Assembly (NCBI GenBank): GCA_035654715.1
Contig: DASRWH010000322.1
Location: 1-41,672 of the forward strand
DNA: 41,672 bases
Source: Candidatus Deferrimicrobium sp.
Lineage (GTDB): Bacteria > Bacillota > Desulfitobacteriia > Desulfitobacteriales > JAJXUE01
Reading direction: 5' to 3'
Positions 1 to 6,641 of the stretch are shown one piece after another. How positions within the stretch are numbered: position 1 is the stretch's first letter; every line of letters begins with the position of its first letter. The translations under genes and the position numbers were made by a program. Below the pieces are notes generated by a model. The model was not told the origin of the DNA. It did not search any database and saw only the letters and a list, made by a program, of their open reading frames with translations.

Positions 1-227
1 CACCGATTTAATTTATTGCCGCTCAATGTGTAAACTCCTCAAGAAAACCTTACCGTAAATATATTTCAGTGCTTGATCTCTTAAATCTTCCATTCTTATC
101 TTAACAGATGTACATGATCTGTGAGTTCTCTCGGCTGGGAACGGTCAATAAGATTTAAGCAACGCCTACAATTGCCTTTAAATAAGCTCTGTCCAAATCG
201 TAAAGGATTTATAATTGTATATATTGT

Positions 228-280
228 AAGAGACCTGAACTCCTTGTATTACCCAAGGAGTTCAGGTCTCTTCCCTTTTA
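228..280 (+). terminator. Strong hairpin (18-bp perfect stem 228-245/255-272, 9-nt loop) followed by cccttttatc. It has no obvious gene directly upstream.
   Basis: aagagacctgaactcctt / aaggagttcaggtctctt read directly. A T-containing tail follows on the plus strand only. Confidence 0.6.
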
Positions 281-429
281 TCATGGACTTTAACCGACAT
301 ATTTCGACTGAATCTACGTATTGGACTTTTACACTGCAAGCCCTTTCCTCTTTAGGTTGTTTTACGATTTTTTCAGTAAATAAGCTTTCGCGAAATGTCC
401 AATACTAGTCGTAATTGGAGGTGTAGATT

Positions 430-1770
430 ATGTTAAGTTGGCTAATGATGAAAATGATGGACCCTCTAATGGACGAGGCAATGGATAAAATGTTGACAAC
501 GTCTTATCCTGACAACCCGTTTATGATGGTAACCATTGCAGAAAAACTCACACCAAGGGCCATAATTGAGGCGTCTCTTAGGGCTGAAAGTGGAATGGAA
601 CTCAGTAGGCCTATCGGTAGCCCGGTCGTTTTATCGCCCTGGGATCAGATCCTTATTAACCCAAAGCAGCTTTTTCAGCTGCCCACCCCCACTCTAGATG
701 GAATCGATACTAAGACAGTTATAGGTGCTCGGGCCAAGAGGCCCCTGAAGCTGGATATCCCAATAATGATTACCGGCATGTCATACGGGGGGTCCCTAAG
801 TTTAGAGATGAAAATGGCTCTGGCCAAGGGAGCAGCCATGGCCGGCACCTCTACTAATACTGGGGAATCAGCCGTCACCGATGAGGAAAGGAACAACGCA
901 AAGTACTTAATCGGTCAGTTCAACAGGGGCGGGTGGCTAAACACCAGCGAACAGTTGAAAAGACTCGATGCCATTGAGATACAGTTGGGACAAGGTGCCT
1001 TTGGCGGGGGCGTTGAGTCCACTGTAAAAGGCAATACAATTGGCGAACACCTACGAGATGCATGGCATATCAAAGAAGGCCAGAATGCGACTATCTCCTC
1101 ACGTATGCCCAATGTTAATTCAACTAAAGAAATAATAGAACTCATCAACGGACTCAAAGGCCAGTATGATGTACCAGTGGGCATCAAAATAGCGGGGTCA
1201 GATTATATTGAGTATGAGTTGGAAGTTATAGGTCAAACTGAAGCCGACTTTATTGTCATTGATGGATCAGAAGGGGGAACTGCGGCCGCTCCCCCCACTT
1301 TGGAGGATAATGTGGGGCTTCCGACCCTGCACTCTCTAGTTAGAGCTGTGGATTGGCTTGAAGAGAATAAGCTACGAGACAAATATAGTTTGATTATTGC
1401 GGGGGGACTGAAGACACCCGGGCATTTTCTAAAGGCACTTGCGCTCGGGGCTGACGCAGTCTATATCGGTTCTATAGCCTTAATAGCTGCCCTGCAAAGT
1501 CAAATGGCCAAAGCATTACCACAGGCACCTGCCCCACAACTTGCATTGTATGATGGAAAACTTAACGACAAGCTAGACATCGATAAAGCTGCACATCACC
1601 TGACAAACTTCCTAAAGTCTTGTGTTTCGGAGATGAAACTAACTGTACAGGCTGTTGGGAAGAACGCTATTAAGGAACTTGACAGGAGCGATCTGGTCAG
1701 TGTCGATAGGGAAATGAGCGAGTTTCTCGGAATTAGGAATGCTGCAAGTAAGCGAGTGAAAAGTAAATAA
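430..1770 (+). CDS. FMN-binding glutamate synthase family protein (stand-alone GltB FMN-domain homolog)
   Basis: 446-aa ORF. SD ggaggtg lies 7 nt upstream of the ATG. DGSEGGTAAAP and GLKTPGHFLKALALGADAVYIGS resemble the GltS FMN-domain signature (GGTGA-P, TIM barrel). Confidence 0.85.
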   Translation: MLSWLMMKMMDPLMDEAMDKMLTTSYPDNPFMMVTIAEKLTPRAIIEASLRAESGMELSRPIGSPVVLSPWDQILINPKQLFQLPTPTLDGIDTKTVIGARAKRPLKLDIPIMITGMSYGGSLSLEMKMALAKGAAMAGTSTNTGESAVTDEERNNAKYLIGQFNRGGWLNTSEQLKRLDAIEIQLGQGAFGGGVESTVKGNTIGEHLRDAWHIKEGQNATISSRMPNVNSTKEIIELINGLKGQYDVPVGIKIAGSDYIEYELEVIGQTEADFIVIDGSEGGTAAAPPTLEDNVGLPTLHSLVRAVDWLEENKLRDKYSLIIAGGLKTPGHFLKALALGADAVYIGSIALIAALQSQMAKALPQAPAPQLALYDGKLNDKLDIDKAAHHLTNFLKSCVSEMKLTVQAVGKNAIKELDRSDLVSVDREMSEFLGIRNAASKRVKSK

Positions 1771-1776
1771 AAAAAC

Positions 1777-1807
1777 AAAGGAAGTAAGCTTTTCGCTTAC
1801 TTCCTTT
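1777..1807. terminator. Hairpin shared by the convergent genes 430-1770 (+) and 1797-2015 (-)
   Basis: aaaggaagtaagc / gcttacttccttt with a 5-nt loop. The A-run upstream gives a T-run for the minus-strand transcript. Confidence 0.6.
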
Positions 1808-2015
1808 CACTCTCACTATCAACCTTTTTTGCACCATCTTTGATTTCCTCAATACTAGTTAATATGTCGTCAATCTCTATTCCTGTGTAATCAGAGTCGC
1901 CAAGGCACTTGCAACAATTGTCACAAATCTTTGACACATCCAAATCGCACATATTACATGCTCCACAATCAGTGCATTTCCGATCTTCTAATACACAATC
2001 CTTTATGTTGTCCAC
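1797..2015 (-). CDS. Cysteine-rich small protein (72 aa, 10 Cys in the first 38 residues, acidic tail), unknown function
   Basis: ORF with a GTG start. CTDCGAC, CNMC and CDNCCKC clusters. TGgTATAAT-like -10 about 25 nt upstream. The SD is poor (GGGGG abuts the GTG), so the start and translation are uncertain. Confidence 0.5.
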   Translation of the reverse strand: MDNIKDCVLEDRKCTDCGACNMCDLDVSKICDNCCKCLGDSDYTGIEIDDILTSIEEIKDGAKKVDSESERK

Positions 2016-2054
2016 CCCCGAGGTAATTTCAATATATTATACCAATTGTTTTAT

Positions 2055-2927
2055 TCAAAAGCCAATTGGAAGTTTTCCCACTAAGTCTTTGCCTGCTTTG
2101 TTAAATTGTAACTGTGAATAAATTTGATCCAAGTAATTTTTAGTATCAGCGTAACGATTTTGACTATTTAATATAACCACTACTACCTTACCGCAGTCCC
2201 AATCAGTAGAAGTAACTAGACATTGTCCTGCTTCGGTAGTTGTCCCGGTTTTTATTCCTTGAACCCCAGGATAAACCCCCAAAAATCTATTGGTATTTTC
2301 TAGTCTTACACTTTTAGTAGAGTTTCCACGCGTCCAGGTTATTTCCTTTGCAGAAGAACCAACAATATCTTTTATAACCGGGTCAGCCAATGCCGCTACT
2401 GCAATTGTAGCCATTTCTCTAGCAGTTGTTACATGCCCCGCCGCAGGTAGTCCATTAGGGTTTATAAATCGAGTCGTTTTTAACCCAAACTCCTGAGCCT
2501 GAGTATTCATCTCTGCAACAAACTTTTGGACGCTTCCACTAGAATACGCAGCTAGTCCCGTGGCAGCCTCATTGCTTGAGGCCAGCAATAAAGCATACAG
2601 AAGATTTTCTACACTGATAGAATCACCTGGAAGTAACCCCAGAGTAGCACTCTCTACCCCTTCTACTTCCTTACCAAGGATAACATTATCCGTAAGTTTG
2701 GATTTTTTAGCTATTAATAAAGCAGTCATTAGTTTAGTAGTACTGGCAGGAGCTAAAGTAGCATCAGCATTTTTTGCAAACAATGGTTTTCCCGTATTCA
2801 AATCAAGTATAAACACAGCCTCTCCGCTTTGAGCCTGGGATACAGGAGTGGCCTGAAGTGTTGATGCAAAAAGCAGAGTAAGTATTAACCCTAGGGCTAC
2901 TATTCTAACATATTTGAACAAACCCAA
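2055..2927 (-). CDS. D-alanyl-D-alanine carboxypeptidase (serine peptidase S11, low-MW PBP)
   Basis: Signal peptide. SxxK (ASTTK), SxN (SSNEA) and KTG (KTGTT) motifs in the correct order. The start is probably the TTG at 2921 (AAGGGG 7 nt upstream) rather than 2927. Confidence 0.9.
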   Translation of the reverse strand: MGLFKYVRIVALGLILTLLFASTLQATPVSQAQSGEAVFILDLNTGKPLFAKNADATLAPASTTKLMTALLIAKKSKLTDNVILGKEVEGVESATLGLLPGDSISVENLLYALLLASSNEAATGLAAYSSGSVQKFVAEMNTQAQEFGLKTTRFINPNGLPAAGHVTTAREMATIAVAALADPVIKDIVGSSAKEITWTRGNSTKSVRLENTNRFLGVYPGVQGIKTGTTTEAGQCLVTSTDWDCGKVVVVILNSQNRYADTKNYLDQIYSQLQFNKAGKDLVGKLPIGF

Positions 2928-2945
2928 AACCCCTTAACTTGTTAG

Positions 2946-3146
2946 TTATGCAACAAATAGGCTCTCTTGTGGATATGCTTCAAGTGACTTAATTACCGTT
3001 TGAAAGTTGCCGCCGTTTAGAATGATATTAATCGCCTTGCACCATAGCATACCGCTGTTAATTGATATATTTACTCTTCTAAGCTGGGTCTCTCTTCTCT
3101 TTATTACCTTCGCCAATTGTTCCTTTTGCTCTAAACTTAGAATCAT
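2946..3146 (-). CDS. Hypothetical 66-aa protein (orf66), no family recognised
   Basis: ATG with AGGAGG 8 nt upstream. Its stop lies 18 nt before the carboxypeptidase gene. The promoter is flanked by two LexA-type boxes. Confidence 0.6.
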   Translation of the reverse strand: MILSLEQKEQLAKVIKRRETQLRRVNISINSGMLWCKAINIILNGGNFQTVIKSLEAYPQESLFVA

Positions 3147-3163
3147 TTCTAACCCCTCCTATA

Positions 3164-3175
3164 GAACATCTGTTT
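3164..3175 (-). promoter_or_regulatory. LexA-type box GAACATCTGTTT, between the -10 and the SD of orf66
   Basis: Same GAAC-N4-GTTT form as the three boxes in the lexA/yneA control region. Confidence 0.65.
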
Positions 3176-3181
3176 GATAAT

Positions 3182-3210
3182 ATTCTATCATATCAAAGAG
3201 GGGCGAACAA
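3182..3210 (-). promoter_or_regulatory. SigA-type promoter of orf66: TTGTTC (3205-3210) - 17 nt - TGaTAGAAT (3182-3190)
   Basis: Read on the reverse complement. Extended -10 and 17-nt spacer. Confidence 0.55.
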
Positions 3211-3216
3211 GTGTTT
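3205..3216 (-). promoter_or_regulatory. LexA-type box GAACAAGTGTTT overlapping the -35 of orf66
   Basis: GAAC-N4-GTTT, 13 nt downstream of the MFS gene stop. Confidence 0.65.
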
Positions 3217-3228
3217 TATGGAAATAAT

Positions 3229-4461
3229 TTACTGCACATCAAGTTCTTGTCTTCGCTGAGCTATGTAAAAAGCGACGCATCCAAGGCCGCGCAATAGGGC
3301 CGAGACCACTAAAGCAACATATATGTTCGAAATATCCATTATTAAACTACCAACAAAGGGGGCTATGGTGGCTGAGACATTTATCATAGTATTATAATAA
3401 GCAACACAAGAAGTTCTAATACAATCCGGGGCCGTATCGAGCATGGCATTAAAAAGAATTAGCACTGTCCCGGCGGTAAAGAAGCCAGCAATTAGGTTAG
3501 TAGCGGCAAGTACCCATAGGTTAGGAGATAGTGCAGTGAGAATGGGGGTTAGTGCCATACCGAACGTGGCTAATACCAGTGCTTTATAATTACCCTTATC
3601 ACCAGCATACTTTCCCCACCAGTGGTAGGAAAGTATAGAGACAAGGGTTATGATTGCCGAGAAGAAACCGATCCAGGTATTATTTGCGCCCAGATTTTTA
3701 ACCTGATAAAGAGTAAACAGTGGCCAAGCCATTTGCCAACCAAAATAAAAAACCAAAGAGCTTGCCATGTACCTGAAAAATATCTTTTCATTAACGATAT
3801 CACGGAGGCTGCATACATCTTTTTCTGATGTACTAGAATGTTGCTCTTCTCCGTCTACATCCACCAGCTGAAGTAGCAGGTATATTTCGGCTAAGGCAAA
3901 GATAAAGGCTACAGCGAACATTATTTGGTAGCCCAATGGAGAAGGTAAATAATCTAGGAGAAATCCAGTGACCAAGGTTGGAATTAACCCAACCACACCG
4001 GTTAGTTTGTTGCGTTGTGCAAAGGCTTTACTTCTTAAATCAGATGGTATCAGTTTGCCGATCAAAGACTGCCAAGCCACAGTCCCAACGGCAGCCGGTA
4101 AGTTCATTAATCCCACTGCAATTACCAGCGAGACCGATCGGAGCGGTTGTGGCAAAAAAGGAACGCCAGCTATAACCAAGAAAAAGGTTCTGTAGGCAAA
4201 AAAAAGAATCGCCGTAAGGCGCTTTGTATTTGCAGATCTGTTTATCATCTTAGTACCCGGCAACATTGCGAATACACTTATTACAGCTGGCAAGGAGTTC
4301 AACATTGCAACCTCAAAATTGCTGGCTCCTAAGGCAAGGGCGAAGATCCCGAGAAACGGTTTAAAGGTATTATCTGCCAGGGACTGGGCCACACCATGAT
4401 AATTATTATATTTGATATTGTGTTGCCAAGTTTGTGACATTCTTCCACGTATTTCTTGCAT
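3229..4461 (-). CDS. MFS transporter
   Basis: 410 aa with about 12 hydrophobic helices and a central hydrophilic loop. Own promoter-like TTGATG-18-TATAAT at about 4485-4525. Confidence 0.85.
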   Translation of the reverse strand: MQEIRGRMSQTWQHNIKYNNYHGVAQSLADNTFKPFLGIFALALGASNFEVAMLNSLPAVISVFAMLPGTKMINRSANTKRLTAILFFAYRTFFLVIAGVPFLPQPLRSVSLVIAVGLMNLPAAVGTVAWQSLIGKLIPSDLRSKAFAQRNKLTGVVGLIPTLVTGFLLDYLPSPLGYQIMFAVAFIFALAEIYLLLQLVDVDGEEQHSSTSEKDVCSLRDIVNEKIFFRYMASSLVFYFGWQMAWPLFTLYQVKNLGANNTWIGFFSAIITLVSILSYHWWGKYAGDKGNYKALVLATFGMALTPILTALSPNLWVLAATNLIAGFFTAGTVLILFNAMLDTAPDCIRTSCVAYYNTMINVSATIAPFVGSLIMDISNIYVALVVSALLRGLGCVAFYIAQRRQELDVQ

Positions 4462-4525
4462 TGCTATTACACCAAATCCACAAATATTTCGACTAATAAA
4501 TTATACTACCATAGCTATTGATTCA

Positions 4526-5353
4526 TCAAGGGTTACCGTCCCAATACCGTAAAAAGTTATACGGATTAATCCATTTTCCTCTGGGTAATTCCATTCCAAA
4601 GTGCAAATGATCAGGAGTATTGATAGCATCACCCGTATGCCCAGTATATCCAAGCAGGGTTCCTCTTTTGACAGACATTCCAATCTTAAGGTCCGTACTT
4701 ATCTTGGATAGATGGGCGTAGTAATAGTAGATTCCATCTTGACCTCTGATACCGACCCTCTCTCCTCCAAGCCTATTCCAACCAAGTTGTTCAACTTTCC
4801 CATCACAAACAGAATATAGTCTTGTCCCTTCTTCTGCAAAAATGTCAGTACCCTCGTGACGCCTTTTGCCTCCTTCCCTGTCAGCACCCCAAGTATCCCT
4901 GTAATCTTGCGGATTTTTATATGGGAAGCTATAACTATTTGAAAACATACTTGATTTTGTTTGTAATAGGATTGTACGATTATAAATTTCTTCGGTAAGT
5001 TCTTTCGGATAGCCCAACTGCTTAATGGAAGTTCCAATGTCGCTGGAGTAAGGGGCCATTTTTACCGCCAATTTTACTAATTCTTCTGAACCAGGATACC
5101 AACCAATCAACTTTTTCTCCACTCGAATCTGTCCGATACCCGCTAATAGTTCCCATGGTAAATTGAACTGAGTTCCTAACTTTTGACAGTTTCGCACGAA
5201 AGATGCTGGAAGTTGTGCAAGTCTATCAACTGCCTCATTTTTATGCTGTGGTTCATGTATTAGAAACCAGTAACTTCCTCCGCTCATTACGATAATTACA
5301 AGAGCAATAACCACAGCTACGGGCCATTTTACGATTCTCATTATTCTAGCCAT
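4526..5353 (-). CDS. M23 family metallopeptidase (peptidoglycan endopeptidase) with N-terminal membrane anchor
   Basis: HxxxD (HEGTD) and HxH (HLHFG) LytM-type motifs. N-terminal TM helix. LPWELLAGIGQI segment typical of the N-terminal regions of such enzymes. Confidence 0.9.
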   Translation of the reverse strand: MARIMRIVKWPVAVVIALVIIVMSGGSYWFLIHEPQHKNEAVDRLAQLPASFVRNCQKLGTQFNLPWELLAGIGQIRVEKKLIGWYPGSEELVKLAVKMAPYSSDIGTSIKQLGYPKELTEEIYNRTILLQTKSSMFSNSYSFPYKNPQDYRDTWGADREGGKRRHEGTDIFAEEGTRLYSVCDGKVEQLGWNRLGGERVGIRGQDGIYYYYAHLSKISTDLKIGMSVKRGTLLGYTGHTGDAINTPDHLHFGMELPRGKWINPYNFLRYWDGNP

Positions 5354-5360
5354 TAATTCC

Positions 5361-5395
5361 CCTCCTATATACGAAGATATTCTGCATATAGGAGG
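5361..5395 (-). promoter_or_regulatory. SD-sequestering hairpin in the leader of the M23 peptidase gene
   Basis: In mRNA sense: CCUCCUAUAU - 15 nt - AUAUAGGAGG, then GGAAUUA AUG. Perfect 10-bp stem whose 3' arm is the Shine-Dalgarno sequence. Confidence 0.5.
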
Positions 5396-5468
5396 TTAAT
5401 GCAAATCAATAAGAGATTGGTACAAGAACATAAAAAGGGCAACCGCAAATTACAGCTACCCTATACTT

Positions 5469-5762
5469 TTAATTTTCCAGAGGTATTTTTAAAACCAGTC
5501 CGGGTCTAATCGTAGGATCGTTAAGATTGTTAACTTCTATTATATTATGGATAACCTTACGAGGATCCTCATTAGGTACATATTTGCAGGCAAGATTCCA
5601 GAGTGTGTCTCCCTCATGAATTAACACAGGTTGAAAGGTCTTATTCCCTGCCGCTTCAGTTGGACTTAAACTGCTAGAAACCAACAACACAATGGTAGTG
5701 AGCAGAATAACAGACAGAAATAATATCAAGTTCCGTGGATTCCATTTCCTTCTGGTTTTCAT
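5469..5762 (-). CDS. yneA: LysM-domain membrane protein, YneA-like SOS cell-division suppressor
   Basis: Divergent from lexA as in B. subtilis. N-terminal TM plus C-terminal LysM (HEGDTLWNLACKY...NLNDPTIRPGLVLKIP). Start re-placed at ATG 5762 (GGAGG 9 nt upstream), because the ORF-track extension to 5831 runs over the promoter and LexA boxes. Confidence 0.8.
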   Translation of the reverse strand: MKTRRKWNPRNLILFLSVILLTTIVLLVSSSLSPTEAAGNKTFQPVLIHEGDTLWNLACKYVPNEDPRKVIHNIIEVNNLNDPTIRPGLVLKIPLEN

Positions 5763-5779
5763 AGGTTGACACCTCCGAC

Positions 5780-5791
5780 AAACATTTGTTC
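5780..5791 (-). promoter_or_regulatory. LexA box (GAACAAATGTTT on the minus strand), 3 nt upstream of the yneA SD
   Basis: Read directly. GAAC-N4-GTTT form. Confidence 0.75.
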
Positions 5792-5802
5792 TTGTTGTAC
5801 TT

Positions 5803-5831
5803 AGAATACCAGAACAGATGTTTGTTGTCAA
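5803..5831 (-). promoter_or_regulatory. yneA promoter TTGACA (5826-5831) - 17 nt - TATTCT (5803-5808)
   Basis: Read on the reverse complement. The spacer contains LexA box 5812-5823. Confidence 0.6.
5812..5823. promoter_or_regulatory. LexA box GAACAGATGTTT inside the yneA promoter spacer
   Basis: Read directly. Confidence 0.75.
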
Positions 5832-5851
5832 AGGTTTTTTACACTTTTTTC

Positions 5852-5863
5852 GAACAGACGTTT
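5852..5863 (+). promoter_or_regulatory. LexA box GAACAGACGTTT overlapping the lexA -35
   Basis: CGAACAGACGTTTG. The lexA promoter is TTTGAA (5861-5866) - 17 nt - TGgTATAAT (5881-5889). Confidence 0.8.
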
Positions 5864-5924
5864 GAAATAGCGAAAATCTATGGTATAATTATCCATGACC
5901 CAAAGGTGGTATGGAGGTGTTCAT

Positions 5925-6542
5925 ATGTATGAAGATTTGAATTCCAGACAGATACAAATCTTAGATTTTATACGCAAAGAAATCAAACAAAAAGGTTATC
6001 CCCCCGCAGTTAGGGAAATTGGAGAAGCAGTTGGCCTAAGTTCCAGTAGTACTGTTCATAATCACTTGAATGTTTTAGAAGACAAAGGTTACATACGACG
6101 GGACCCCACCAAACCTAGAGCAATTGAGGTACTAATAGGTAACGATAATTCCATACCGAAAAAAGAACTAATTGATGTACCTATTGTTGGCCGTGTTACA
6201 GCAGGGCAACCTATTCTGGCGGTCGAAAATGTCGAAGATACTTTTCCATTACCTAAGGATTTTGTCCGTAATGAGAATGTGTTTATGCTTACGGTCCGTG
6301 GCGAAAGCATGATCGAAGCTGGAATTTTAGACGAAGACTATGTTTTGGTGCGTCAGCAGAACACTGCCCGGAACGGAGATATCATAGTTGCATTAATTGA
6401 TGATGAGGCAACTGTCAAGCGTTTCTTCAAAGAACGTGATCACATTCGCCTTCAACCAGAGAACCAATATATGGAGCCAATATTGGTTAAAGATGTTGTG
6501 GTTTTGGGCAAGGTAATTGGGGTATTTCGCAGACTTCACTAG
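5925..6542 (+). CDS. lexA: LexA repressor
   Basis: wHTH N-domain ([39 protein letters not shown]). Ala-Gly cleavage site (VTAGQP). Ser/Lys dyad context (GESM ... VKRF). Start at ATG 5925 (GGAGG 7 nt upstream), 10 codons inside the ORF-track start. Confidence 0.95.
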   Translation: MYEDLNSRQIQILDFIRKEIKQKGYPPAVREIGEAVGLSSSSTVHNHLNVLEDKGYIRRDPTKPRAIEVLIGNDNSIPKKELIDVPIVGRVTAGQPILAVENVEDTFPLPKDFVRNENVFMLTVRGESMIEAGILDEDYVLVRQQNTARNGDIIVALIDDEATVKRFFKERDHIRLQPENQYMEPILVKDVVVLGKVIGVFRRLH

Positions 6543-6584
6543 AGGAGATATTATCCATCGGTTACAACATAAAACTTGCAAATA

Positions 6585-6632
6585 AAAGAGTTGAGACTCT
6601 TGCTTTTAGCGGGAGACTCAACTCTTTATTTT
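6585..6632. terminator. Bidirectional terminator between lexA and ddl
   Basis: aaagagttgag / ctcaactcttt stem flanked by an A-run and a T-run. Confidence 0.7.
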
Positions 6633-6641
6633 GATCTGTAT

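Noticed and set aside
1-26. Possible minus-strand gene start (TTG at 26 with GGAG 8 nt upstream) running off the left edge
   Set aside because: Only 8 codons are visible, so it cannot be supported from this window.
102-113. TAACAGATGTAC, which resembles the core of LexA box 5812-5823
   Set aside because: It has three mismatches in the conserved GAAC/GTTT arms and no clear promoter or gene context within the window.
121-408. 95-aa plus-strand ORF from the track
   Set aside because: It has no SD and an atypical composition, and it reads straight through the 18-bp terminator hairpin at 228-272. It is almost certainly non-coding.
5763-5831. N-terminal 23 codons of the track's 120-aa yneA ORF
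   Set aside because: This stretch contains the yneA -35/-10 and two LexA boxes. A well-spaced GGAGG precedes ATG 5762 instead.
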